A stretch of DNA of 64,000 nt, from NCBI GenBank assembly GCA_964016885.1, contig OZ024742.1, positions 117,986,001 through 118,050,000 of the forward strand, in the 5' to 3' direction. Below the pieces are notes generated by a model. The model was not told the DNA's origin. It searched no databases and saw only the letters and a list, made by a program, of their open reading frames with translations. This document shows, one piece after another, positions 23,360 through 36,245 of this stretch (the stretch's first letter is position 1; every line of letters starts with the position of its first letter). The translations under genes were made by a program, and so were the position numbers. The DNA is from Eledone cirrhosa (taxonomy: Eukaryota).

Positions 23360-24866
23360 ACTGTATCTTTTTATAGAACAAAATTATCGGACGCAGTCTA
23401 TGCGATGTTATCTGTTACATTTTTATTCCTGAGAAATTCATAACAATTTCGTAACTATGAATCAAAGAACCGAATGTATAGCTCTGGCTGTCTTACGCAT
23501 GTGTATCATTTAATTGTATGCTTTCAATGGCGCCTAGCTTCCTGGAATAATATCTTGAGTAAAGAATTATCACAAGATGAATCCATCTTTTACAGTTTTA
23601 ATGACTTGGTTTTCTGGTACTCAAAATAGCAGAAATAACAACCTTGACATGAATGAGATTAAGTAAATAGCAATAAATATTTTAAAAAATCTCACACCCC
23701 AAAAAATGAATTGTATTTTGAATTGTATTTTAAAATTGTTCTTCGTGTCCAACGTTGTTGAATACAGTTTTTCATACGTGTGACGTCTATGCACGATAGT
23801 GAACTGGATAGTAAATTTCTGCAATCTGTAAATTTTTGGCATTATACCGGCCTCGGCACTGACCATAGATTTCACTGATTAAATATATATTTGTTGACGC
23901 AGCAACATAAAATGGCTTTAAATTTCACCATTTACGCTCTGAGTTCAAATCCTACAGAGGTTAACTTTGCCTTTCATCCTTAAGGGGTCGATAAAATATA
24001 GTACCAGTAAAGGACTGATATAATTTCTGCCCTTGTGCCAAATGTAGAAACAATTGTATATGATACTTTATTACGGTAAACTTGGCTGATGCGATTGTAA
24101 GATGCACATCTTTGTGTTTGTATATTCCCATCCTACAACCTTACATGAAATAGTTGAACCTAAAATCCTATCTTGAAGGAATTTCCTTTCATTTATTTAC
24201 TTAATGTTATGCAAAGAAAACATAATAGGAAGATCAGAAAATGCATATAGTGGTTTTAGGTTCCTTGCATGAGAAAGATAAGAAAATAACACTGCGCATC
24301 AAATGCAATATTAGCTCATATATAATCAGCTTGTGTGACATTCAATAAAGTTTAACTCCACAAGAAACCAGCCAATGATTGCGTACTATTTACTATCCGG
24401 TTCCCTATCGTTCATAAACCTACAAGATCTCATATATGAAATACTGTGTTCAAGAAAGCTTGGCATAAAGAATCTTTTCAAAATATAATTCTAAGAACGC
24501 ATTCAGTTTTATTGGCTTTTGGGATGAGGGCTTTTAAGATTTTAATTTTATTTATTTAATCTTTTTTTTTTCATTCAAGGTTGCCATTTTGTACCAATTT
24601 GAGAACAGAAACATAAGTTCATTAAAAGAATAAAAGATGAAGTCGTCTTGTGATAAGTTTCTTAGCCAATTTATTATTCGAGGAAACCAGGCGCCTCTGA
24701 AAGCATGCAGTTAGATGAGAGAGACAAAGAAGTCAGTCAGAGTTAAACATACGGCTCTTTGATTCGTTTTCAAGAAACTGTTATGAATTTTTGAGGAATG
24801 AAAAAGTACGAGATCATATCGGTCAGGCTGCATCCAATAACTTTTGTTCTATAAAAAGACATGTAT
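23360..24866. repeat. Old long inverted repeat (about 470-490-bp arms; foldback/MITE-like)
   Basis: 23360-23826 aligns colinearly with the reverse complement of 24378-24866 at roughly 70-75% identity by eye. The spacer contains a SINE fragment (23928-24056). Confidence 0.7.
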
Positions 24867-24980
24867 TTTTATTATTAGAAAAGAAAAAAAGTGTGCATGT
24901 GTGTGTGCGTGTGTGTGTGTACGTCTGTGTGTGAAAAATAAAAAAAAATAAAACAGAGGAGACGAAACATTTAAATACTA

Positions 24981-25123
<143 letters not shown>

Positions 25124-25148
25124 TGTGTGCATGTATGTATTTATGTAC

Positions 25149-25248
<100 letters not shown>

Positions 25249-25382
25249 ATGTCACAAAATACGTAGTAATGTAATCAGGTATATCCCGTCTATGATAGCG
25301 AAACAGACGACTAGACACGATATGTATTTATACATACATACACACACACACGCAGACACACAGACACATACACAGACACACA

Positions 25383-25464
<82 letters not shown>

Positions 25465-25599
25465 CATATATATACACACAAATCAACAAATCAACAACCA
25501 TCCGGTTATTAAACAAACCGACTGCGAGTTTATAATAAATTGAAGTGAAAATCATCGGTTGCGTGTGTTTTTATTGGAAGCATGACCCTACCAAAGTAT

Positions 25600-26140
25600 A
25601 ACAATACGGCACAGTGCACTACCGCGTAGAGGTGTGTATGAGTGGATTGAGAACTTTAAAAGTGGCCAGACAAGTGTGCCGCATGAAGGAGCAGAACGTG
25701 AGTCAACTCCACCACAGACGAGGAGATTCAGCAAGCTCGAGAGATGGTAATGGCGAATCGACGAGTTATCATCGATGAGATAGCATGTTCACTGCAGATT
25801 AGTTATGGTTCTGTCCACCAAATCGACAAGGGCTTTTACTTGACCGCTGCAACGGTCGCCGTATTGTGTTAAAAGCCTCCGATGAATTTCAGCCCCTGAC
25901 ACATCTTTTGACGAGAGAAATTGGATCATTCCTCTTTGTTCTTCCATGGTGCGCGCTGCTAGCGGAGCGGGCAAACTTACACTGTAAGAACAGCAAGAAA
26001 ACTGGCGCAATCAAGCTCAAACTTCGATCATATGTGCTCAATAGTATCAAGTACAAGCACGCACGAGCAGAAGGGAATGTGACAAACCTAAAATTATGTT
26101 ATGGGGAAAGTGTAGATAATTTTTAACTTACCCTCGTGTA
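25600..26140. mobile_element. Mariner/Tc1 transposase N-terminal remnant with internal inversion
   Basis: Minus strand: TIR-like TACACGAGGGTAAGTTAAAAATTATC at about 26140, then EEQRGMIQFLSSKDVSGAEIHRRLLTQYGD. Plus strand 25600-25826: ALPRRGVYEWIENFKSGQTSV..STTDEEIQQAREMVMANRRVIIDEIACSLQISYGSVHQI (mariner HTH region). Confidence 0.8.
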
Positions 26141-26152
26141 TGTATATATATG

Positions 26153-26236
<84 letters not shown>

Positions 26237-26241
<5 letters not shown>

Positions 26242-26775
26242 GTAAGTATGTATACGTAAATACATATATGTATACAGACGTACAGTAGTATGTATATATA
26301 CATACATGCACACATATATATATGTACGTATGGGTTTACCGAACATTTATTATAATGTTCGGTTTGTTTGTAAACAAACAGCCCGAATTAAGCCGTACAG
26401 TGTTCGGCAACCATCGTCGCCCTTTTGTTCAACACTGACAAAGGAACGATGAACTAGTTTCAAGCGTATTAGCTATCGTCAGCATTGTATACCTTCCTGT
26501 CAGATAATTGAACGTTTGAAAGTATATACTTTCCTTATGCATATTAACGGCTGAGCAGCCTAATTTGCATATCGAGTGAGTTAGTCGGTCGGGCGTACCG
26601 AAAACGATAAATGGAAAATTAATTCGGGCTGTTTGTTTACAAACAAATCGAACCTTATAATAAATGTTCGGTAAACCCATACGTACATATATATATATGT
26701 ATGCATGTATGTATATATACATACTACTGTACGTTTGTATACATATATGTATGTACGTATACATACTTACATTTA
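26237..26775. mobile_element. MITE-like element with about 155-bp terminal inverted repeats
   Basis: 26237-26391 is nearly the reverse complement of 26619-26775, around a unique core of about 230 bp. Abuts (TA)n on the left. Confidence 0.7.
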
Positions 26776-26829
26776 AGTATCAGCCGTACTAAGAGTGAGA
26801 AATGAAATTTCATTTCATTCTTTTCCATT

Positions 26830-26870
<41 letters not shown>

Positions 26871-28061
26871 ACGTGTGTGTATGTATATACATGCACACAC
26901 GTTAAATGTTTTTGTTTACAGGCTTGAGAAATACTATGGATAAAACTGGGCTGAGAACCGACTATTGATGAACTCACCAAACTCATTGCCTACGCACACT
27001 TTACACACAGTATCCCCGCGCACGAGCTATTTATTTATCCGCACTGCGATTTTTTTATAGGTACTCTGCTCCATTATTAATTCTTTATTTTTTCGTCATG
27101 GATGGGAAGGCAGCAACAATGACCCTTTACTTTTCGGGGCTTCTGATACTGATGAGAGGAAGAGAGAAAGTTGTTTATAAACAAGAGCTGGCTTGAAAGC
27201 TTGCAACAGAGTAAACTCAGCTAAAGGCAACCAAGGACAAAGTGGTGGTGGTGGTGGTGGTCGTCGTCGTCGTAGTGGTGGGGTTTATACAGGACATTAG
27301 AATATGTCTACCACAAAAGGATTATATTAAGTATCAAAGTAGTGCCCCAACAAATGGTCAGTGACGTTCTAATTTAATATGTTAGAAGACAATTGTTAAC
27401 CGGTTTTTATAGATCTTGCAGTAATTACAATAGCGATAGCTGTTGTTTCATTCTTAGTCCTATTGAAGAATGATGGGGTGATGGATTAGAGAGAAAGTTA
27501 ATGTCAGCACTCTGATTCGATTAAATAAGAAAGCAGATACAATATATTTCCTACGTTAATGCCAACCAAATAATTTGACGAGCGCTCAGTCATGCATGTC
27601 ACCACTGACAGTGTAAAGTTTAGGTCTGGATTTTAGTAAGCCACTGGGTGAAATATGAATGGACTTACTAATGGAGTTGTGTCCGCAATTATGTTTATAT
27701 ATGGAGAAGAAACAAGCGGCTGGCTCAATTAGGGATTGGCCATTATCTTGTAATTAGTTGTCATCGGGAGAAGCTGTTGTATTGTGATTGATTGCCAATT
27801 AGTGAGGTTAGTTGTTATCTACCAAGCCTAGCTATAGTGTAAGAAATCTAAAAGATCGGGGCTTATATTTATATCCATTTATATATTTGATTTAATAATG
27901 CTTTTTTCTATATTTAGCTACCTACAATTGAGCGCATAACTGTTTTTCTTTCATATATTTCCGGTTCAAAAATTATGGTATTTAACAGATTTTCCAGTTG
28001 TTTGGTCCACTGAACATTTAGAAAAGGCTGTGAACTAATTATATATATAATATATATATAC

Positions 28062-28143
<82 letters not shown>

Positions 28144-28210
28144 CTGGTTAGGAGTCATCAAAACCACGTTTTATTGAACCTGATTTTATATATATATGTA
28201 TATATGTATC

Positions 28211-28263
<53 letters not shown>

Positions 28264-28639
28264 ATGTGTGTATATATGTGTATTTTATATATATGTATAT
28301 ATATGTATATATTTTATATATATATGTATATGTATGTGTATTTTATATATATATATGTATGTATGTTTTATGTGTGTATATATTTTATGTATGTATATAT
28401 TTTATGTATAGATATATATTTCATATATATATATTATATATATGTATGTTCTGTGTATATATATATATATATTTTATATATCTGTTAGAACACGAAAAGT
28501 GTGAAACAACAGAATGTTCACTTTTCGTGTTCTAACATATATGGGTAACTTCTTCATAAATTTTCCGGGGATAGCCGTGGTGGTGGTGATCGTATGTCAT
28601 TGGCTAATTTTCAACCAATCAGAGTAAGTGTTGATATAT

Positions 28640-29010
28640 ATATATATACTATTCCCCCTCTCTCTATATATATATCTTACGCTTTCGCTTTACACTCCTC
28701 CCCTTCAATAACACATTTCCCCCTCTCTATATATCTCTTATACTGTTACACTTATATTTCCATTTATTTATTACCCCCTCTCTCTATATCTCTTCCACTG
28801 TTACTTACGCCTGTTTCTTTCTATCTGTTCCGTCTCTATATATATCTCTCTTACTCTTTCGCTTTGCACTCCTCCCCTTCAATACCATCTCTCCCCCTCT
28901 CTATATATTTGTTACTCTATCGCTGCACGCTCCTCTCCTTCAATATATCAATTACACACTTACGCTGTACACTCCTTTATCCCCAGCGCCCCTATATATA
29001 CACCCCCCCC
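28640..29010. repeat. Imperfect pyrimidine-rich minisatellite
   Basis: Recurring CCCCCTCTCTATATAT..TTAC..CTTTCGCTTT(A/G)CACTCCTCCCCTTCAATA units. Confidence 0.65.
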
Positions 29011-30039
29011 CCGCATCTATATTTTAATGTTCCGTTGCACCGTGAATATATGTGTCTCTATATATATACATATATATTGTATATACACATTCATGTATGT
29101 GTATACACACTCATGTATGTATATACACTGGTTTTATGTGTGTATTGTAAATTTGTACTGTTAAAACACGAAACTAACATTCGATTGACACTTTGATTAC
29201 CTGTACAGGCAATAGTTATTAGAATGCTGTTGAAGTGTGTATATATTTTTGGGGGACATCCTGTATATACACACATTATATATAATACAATAAACAGATA
29301 AATACACACATATATATATCAGCTTATTTAATTATAAATATTGTGAATTTTTAACTCAGTTCAATTATATATATAAATGGCTTCTACAGGACTAGAACTG
29401 TTTCATTCGAAAGAAATCATCATAATATTGAGAGGGGGACTAGATAAAATATTTCAAATCAAATGTGTATAAGTTATAAGTTAAAATGTATAAATAGAGA
29501 CGATAGTGGAGGTATATCTGTTTAGTGGAACAGTAGACGATAGAATTAAATACAGACGAGAATCTCCCTTTAATGAAACAGCAGACGATAGAATTAAGGC
29601 AATTTAAATTTTAAGCATTTGCATTTTTGCCTTTCATCGTTACGGGGTCGATAAAATAAAGTACCAGTAATACACTGTCACTATAAGTAGACGACTTTCA
29701 AATTGAATTGTTGGTTCCATTTCTTTAGTATTTTCAATTGTAGTTATCTACTTAAAAAGCGTTACACGGTTAGAGACATAATTGGTAAGTTATATCTTCC
29801 CTATTAAACCATTGCATTATTTCGCCTACAATAGAACAAAAATGAAATGTTCTTTAAAGAAACAGGAATATTACTTTATAAAAAAAAAAGTTGCATCCGC
29901 TTCTTTTATCATTGATAATTTTTTCGTTTTAATATTAATTGTTTTTTGTAGTTGTTTATATTAAAAATCTTACTGTAATATTTACTTAAACGAAGGCAGA
30001 CATCTAAACTTATAGATTAATCTTGAGCGAAGGACTAGA

Positions 30040-30132
<93 letters not shown>

Positions 30133-31242
30133 GAAGAATGATAAAATTTCAAGCAAAGAGTTTAATTAGGTAATGACTTACAAATTTGTTTCAGTATATA
30201 GACAAAGCCTGAAGCGCTAATTATAATAATTAGTTAATAACATTACAAAATATATTAATATTATATTAAATATATACTGAAACAAATTTGTTTAGCAGAA
30301 AGTTTCCAGACAAGAAACACGCATATTTTGCTATCCTCAAACACGTTTACACATGGCATGAAATATAACTAATCCGAGATGGCTAGGTTTCATCTTCTAA
30401 CTGGATAAACGAAATCCATTATGTCTTGACAACAACATGAGGTAACATTATGTTATTCACAGACACACTTTGTACACTGTTCCATATCAGAATGTATTTC
30501 CTTCGTCACATTCACAAACAGTATTGAAAATATGTTCTTCGGCAAATAAAAATGTTTTGTTCATAATATTTCAACTAGCGATTGCTCTACTCCACGCACG
30601 ACCACCATAATGACCAGCTCAACACAAGTATTGGTAGAGCGTCAGACACCATGCTTTGCAGTATTGTTATGGTCCTTTGCATTCTAAGTTCAAATCCTGC
30701 CGAGGTTAACTTCGACTTTCATACTTACTAATTCGATAAAATAAAGTACCAGTAATGGACTGCCGTAATGGATTTGTGCCGAAAAATAGAAACACTATTA
30801 ATGTGCAATAAGAGCAAAATATAACGACATTGCTCAATTATTTTATCTAATGTTGTAATAACACAAGGAAATGTTGTTTGTGTATTTTTTTTTATATTTG
30901 CTCATAGGCTTTTACAATTTCGCTCAGCCAACAACTATTAAAAAGTGAGTTGCTTAAGATAACAATTTAATCACAAATTGTTGCTATCTTTTAATACACT
31001 CCAACAAGTCATCAAATTATGTACAATAAAAACAAATCTTATTAATTTGCTCAGGGAATATAAAGAAAATGTATATACACTGATAATTGCAATTGTATGT
31101 AAATATTTTGTTTTTGTATTGTTTATTTTATGTTTTCTATTATGTATAATATATTGATTTAATATTGATTGTTTTTTGTAGTTGTTTATATTAAAAGTCT
31201 GAAAATATTTTTATACATCTTACACTAATATTTATAAGATAA

Positions 31243-31943
31243 TTTATAATAACAGCTTAAACCAACGAAGCCTTTATTTTTACGCTATTTCACTTAGTTA
31301 ATTCTTAGAGTGTAACATATAAAAATAAATACATCTATGTTTAATGTAATAACAGCTATAAATAATTACGTAATATTATTATCATATACTCATAGTAACA
31401 AAATAATTGTGTTGAAAATTAATATGATGCTTATATGAACGATCAAATCTATAATGATAATTTCTTAAATATACTAATAGTAAAATAATTTAGTTATCTA
31501 TTGTTACATTTTCATAGAACTATAATATTAACAATCGTATTGCATTATCAAATTTTTATCACTACAAACTTTCATATTGGAATTACCTTAAGCCACTTAT
31601 TATTACTTCGCTTTCGTACTTTTACAGCTGTAGATATTGCGCTGTATCTTATATCTAATATCAATATCTCATGGTAATTTGCATGCAGTGTAAAATAGGT
31701 TTATTAATAACTTTAATATGAAATGTATTATACAGGGCTGCGGAGTCGGCCAAAAATTGACTGGCTCCAACTCAGGATCCGATACTCCATTATTTCCTAA
31801 ATTTCAGCTCCGCAGCTCTGTTATTATATTAATTAATTTATTTTATAGTTGTAAATCATATTTTTATATGTTATACTCTAAGAATTAACTAAGTGAAATA
31901 GCGTAAAAATAAAGGCTTCGTTGGTTTAAGCTATTTTTATAAA
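31243..31943. mobile_element. MITE-like element with about 83-bp TIRs
   Basis: 31243-31325 (AGCTTAAACCAACGAAGCCTTTATTTTTACGCTATTTCACTTAGTTAATTCTTAGAGT) is inverted at 31861-31943. Confidence 0.65.
31733..31820. mobile_element. Small hAT-type MITE nested in the previous element
   Basis: TIRs CAGGGCTGCGGAG / CTCCGCAGCTCTG with 8-bp flanks GTATTATA / TTATTATA (7/8 match, TSD-like). Confidence 0.65.
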
Positions 31944-32464
31944 GGATGCCACAGAATGTACGATATATAATGATTACAATATTTTTTAGCAACAACTCTA
32001 GTCCCACACTTTTGAAGGTTTATTATAACATTCTGTGGCACTTTTGAGCTTGCGCATTTTTCATGTCTAGTATATATATGCTTGTGCGTACATACATACA
32101 TACATATATATACACACCTGTATGGATTTGTGTGTGCAGATGTGTGAGTGTCTGAGGGGGTAGGTGTGAGTGTATGTACAAGTCAACCAGCAGAAACCTT
32201 TTATTTCTAAATTTTCTAAACTATCTAAGTATTGGACTCTAACCATTATTTTAAGTATTACCACCCCACATTAATTCCTCAATTTGTATTTGTGGATGTG
32301 TGTGTGTCTGTGGTGGTGGGTGTGAGTGTACGTCTTTTTATTTATTTGTAAATTTTCTACTCTAACCATAAATTTCAGTAGCACCGCTCCACATAAATTC
32401 CTCAATTTAAGAATGACCTGTAGTATCTATTTCATACTATTAACCTTAATTGAATATTTATCTG

Positions 32465-32811
32465 ACCAGGAATGCTTTTTGTGAAAATCAGGCATATGGA
32501 ACTATTGTCATCTTGCCTGACGGTTTGAACTTTACAACACCACCTGCCTCTTTGAGGTCAAATACCAACCCTACTACCATCTTCAAACTGACCAATGAGA
32601 ATCAAGACTATTCCTGCTGACAACATTAAATTATCCCTAACAAGCTCATATGTCCCAAGGCTCTGATACCATCAACACTATAAACACAGAGCTGGCATAT
32701 CTAAGAACTGACTAACTGCCTGATGAGGTCATAGCCATTCAATGGCTATCATCGAAATATATATAGCAGTAAATAAAGGATTATCAGTTCATGCAATTGA
32801 CTTTTGTTTCG

Positions 32812-32815
<4 letters not shown>
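32465..32815 (+). mobile_element. Penelope-like 3' end / pseudo-LTR
   Basis: Ends of a coding remnant TIVILPDGLN (PLE C-terminal P.GLN motif), then a hammerhead, AATAAA and (TA)n. Confidence 0.65.
32715..32770 (+). ncRNA. Minimal type I hammerhead ribozyme
   Basis: Stem I ACTGC/GCAGT, core CTGATGA, stem II GGT.ATAGCCAT-tca-ATGGCTAT.ATC, GAAA, 2-bp stem III with palindromic loop ATAT, cleavage triplet ATA. Confidence 0.8.
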
Positions 32816-32885
<70 letters not shown>

Positions 32886-32906
32886 ATATTTTATATATAT
32901 ATATAT

Positions 32907-33670
32907 CTGTTCCCTTTATTTACGTGTCCCAACGACTTTCTTTAGCCGTTGCTCGCACCACCCGGAGGTATATGGTCTTTAAAGCGATGAAATACCGATG
33001 ATGGTTGGAAGATCACTGATGAAGGACTAACTTTATTCATATGTAACCCATTTGCAACCACGCAGCACGTTTATTCTCATATTTACACATATATTTTCCC
33101 CCGCTGTGACCCGTCTATTTCGTTCTTACTGCTTCCTCTTTCTCTGTATCTTTAACCTCTCTAACAGTCACTCTCTCTGTTAGCATCTTCCTCACCCTTC
33201 ACTCACTCACTCTCTGTTACTACCTCTCCTACTTCTTCCCGTTTGACCTGTGCGTAATTCTTTTCTCTCGCACGCTTGGCCAGGCCGGTTCCCCTTTTTT
33301 CTCTCTCTCGTCTACGATTTCACAGAACTTATGTTCACCGAATTCACGGACTGGACTCCTTCTTCCTCCCGTTTGACCTGTGCGGAATTCCTTCCTTGCT
33401 CACATTTCAACCAGGTTTGATGGTCTTTATTCTCTCTCGTTCACGATTTCACCGAACTTATATTCATGGAAATTTGGGACTTGACTGGTTCTTCCTCACT
33501 TCTCGTTGCTTTACCATCTTTGTTTGTTTACACTCTCGCTGTTCCCTTTATTTACGTGTCCCAACGACTTTCTTTAGCCGTTGCTCGCACCAACCGGAGG
33601 TATATGGTCTTTAAAGCGATGAAATACCGATGATGGTTGGAAGATCACTGATGAAGGACTAACTTTATTC

Positions 33671-33672
<2 letters not shown>
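32907..33672. mobile_element. Non-coding element bounded by about 135-bp direct repeats, in (TA)n
   Basis: 32907-33042 and 33539-33672 are near-identical. The interior of about 500 bp has its own short duplications. PLE partial-tandem-like organisation is inference. Confidence 0.55.
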
Positions 33673-33703
<31 letters not shown>

Positions 33704-33716
33704 TAGAGATCGAGAA

Positions 33717-33750
<34 letters not shown>

Positions 33751-33754
<4 letters not shown>

Positions 33755-34287
33755 TCCGTAGTATTCGCATTCGCAAGGACCCGTGGGTGAAATAATATAT
33801 AACGGTTCTTTGAGCGCCTGTGCTGAAACGGTGTCTGGGGTTTGGAGTCTTGGTTTTTCCATATTGGTGTTTTCGTCACCATGAAGGCCCAACGTAGGGA
33901 GGTACTGCATATTTAAAAGGAAGATGAAAGGGGAGTGATAGAGGGTTATATTCGATTACAAGTAGATTGATATATATTTGTGTGTTCGAGTGTGTATTTG
34001 GCTGTCAGGCTAAGTACGGATATATGCATATATATGATATATATATATAGTTAAAAGAATAGAGGTGTAACACACAAGTTATTATATATTGGTAAACGGA
34101 ATAGAAAATGCTGACAAATTGTTCACAGTTGAAAAATGGTTTAATTAGGAATAAAAGAGTATTAGTGATTGTATGGGTTAGAAAACCACAACTGAATACT
34201 AACCCATACAATCACTAATACTCTTTTATTCCTAATTAAACCATTTTTCAACTGTGAACAATTTGTCAGCATTTTCTATTCCGTTTA

Positions 34288-34297
<10 letters not shown>
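33751..34297 (-). mobile_element. Probable PLE remnant with perfect 99-bp terminal foldback
   Basis: 34083-34181 is the exact reverse complement of 34199-34297, with a 17-nt spacer. Bounded by (GA)n and (TA)n. Confidence 0.55.
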
Positions 34298-34367
<70 letters not shown>

Positions 34368-35559
34368 GAACACACATGTAGCTGTGTTTCTGACTGTTGA
34401 AAAGTTGACATGAAAATATGGCTTAAACAAGTTTTTTTGTTGTTGTTGTTGTTGTTTGGAATATCACATTATTGGTTTGCAACAGTGGAAGCAGACTTTA
34501 ATTTCTTTTTGTCAAATATACCATCAAAACAAACTCAAACAGCAATGTTTCTCTTCATGATACATAATTCTATATTAACTCTATTTCCAAAAACCAGTAC
34601 CCAGACAACTGTATAACGTTCTTAATGTTGATGCCTTTTTTAACTAAGAACGATATCTATCATGTGAGTCATTTTTCTTTTTGAAACTCTATATATTCAC
34701 ACATACCAGAGTCACTTTTCGTTGTTAGACGAATACGCATCACGCAATGAAAGTAATCTCACAGACAGAGAAATCAAACTTTATTAAACTTACTGCATCT
34801 TTGTGTAATGTTTTCTTTTACAAAATCTATCTTCTTTGTTGAATTATGACTTTCATTAAATTCTGTATGGTGTAAATATTTCTCTACTTGGACATTTATT
34901 ATATTCAAGTATTCATTTATTCATTTATTATATTGTTTATGCCACAATTTCAGAGGTTAAAAATCATTGGAATTCAGTTCAGTACACAATATTTTTAGAT
35001 ACGCTGCATTTTCTTCTTAACACTCACATTTCATGGTGGTGGCTCAGGATGGCTGCAGTCTTATGACTAAAATCATTACAATAATTAAAAAAATATTTTT
35101 ATTTCAAATAAAGTTTTGAACTATTCTTCGAGTTAATTGGTTTGCAGCACCTAACAACTACTTGTTCTATGTGGACGCAACATGGGTGAATGATTAAGAA
35201 TATCGCCTTGCAATTATAAAGCCTCGACTTCGATCACAACGCATAGCAACTTGTGCAATTTTCCTTATTACAACCACAGATAGACTTAAGCTTTGTGAGA
35301 GAAATAGGGTTGGGGTAGATTGTATCTGTAATTCAAAAACCGAGAATTACGCCGAGGGTAGACGTGTCTGCAGAATACACATCCACTTACACGTTGATAC
35401 CCGAATCAGACGTACAATTGATCCAATGATTGAATGTTTATCGTCGACACCGACAAAATATCCTTCATGAAAAACTACTTTAGTTGATAATTGACAAGGC
35501 TGGTTTCCTATCACTAATGGAGCCTGTCAGTATATCGGCCAGACAGGCTAGCCTTTTAC

Positions 35560-35945
35560 TTGTTTGAAAGGGTAGCTTAGATCACCGGACAGGTTCTTCG
35601 CCCCAACTATGTCGTTTCAGCCACAATCTCGGACACTGCCGCTCGCAGCGCAGAGAAACGGAAGATGTCCAAATACCGGGACTAGACCGACCACTCCTTT
35701 TTGTACTGACCTCCGGTGTCCTCAGTCTCTGGACTGCCGTGTTGCGGGCTGTTCTTTGCGGCAAAGCTTTCACCATCTAGTTTGTAGGACGCAGCTAAGA
35801 TATACTGCTTAGACAACGGTGTAGAGACTGTCACCACTGCCTGTCACCACTCGTCAAACTCTTTCCCGTTTTTATTTTTATTATTTTTTTTTATATTTTT
35901 TTCTGTTTATCACACGAAATATTGATGTAAATAAACAATCATTAT
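35560..35945 (+). mobile_element. Decayed CRE-clade-like RLE 3' fragment
   Basis: GC-richer patch translating to PNYVVSATISDTAARSAEKRKMSKYRD*TDHSF..TSGVL, resembling the AA..AE.RK..KY..L....F.P.A.ET.G motif. Ends AATAAACAATCATTAT. Confidence 0.5.
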
Positions 35946-36044
35946 AATACCAGTAATGCACTGGGTAATTGCTGGCCTTGTGCCTAAAGTAGAAACAATT
36001 ATAACTTGTTTAGATTGTTCGAATCAAAAGTTCTGTGAGTTTCT

Positions 36045-36245
36045 GATAGCGTCGGACAGCATGCTTAGTGGCATAGCATTACGGCACTTTACGTTCTGAG
36101 TTCAAATCCTGCTGAGGTTAGCTTTGCCTTTCATCCTTACGGGGGTGGATAAATAAAGCACCAGTAACGTACTGGTATCAATTTAATCGACTTTCCTCTC
36201 CCCTTCAAATTGCTGGCCTTGTGCCTAAATCAGAAACCATTATTA
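36045..36245 (+). mobile_element. Dominant SINE
   Basis: Same consensus. Extra 3' fragments at 35948-36002 and 29625-29680, and another copy at 30625-30800. Confidence 0.8.

Noticed and set aside
26908-26968. Possible plus-strand last exon (TTTACAG|..LRNTMDKTGLRTDY*)
   Set aside because: Too short, no recognisable homology and no partner exon.
29380-29425. Minus-strand hammerhead-like remnant (ATGATGA..GAAAC..GTC)
   Set aside because: Core is mutated and stems are weak; at most a dead pLTR trace.
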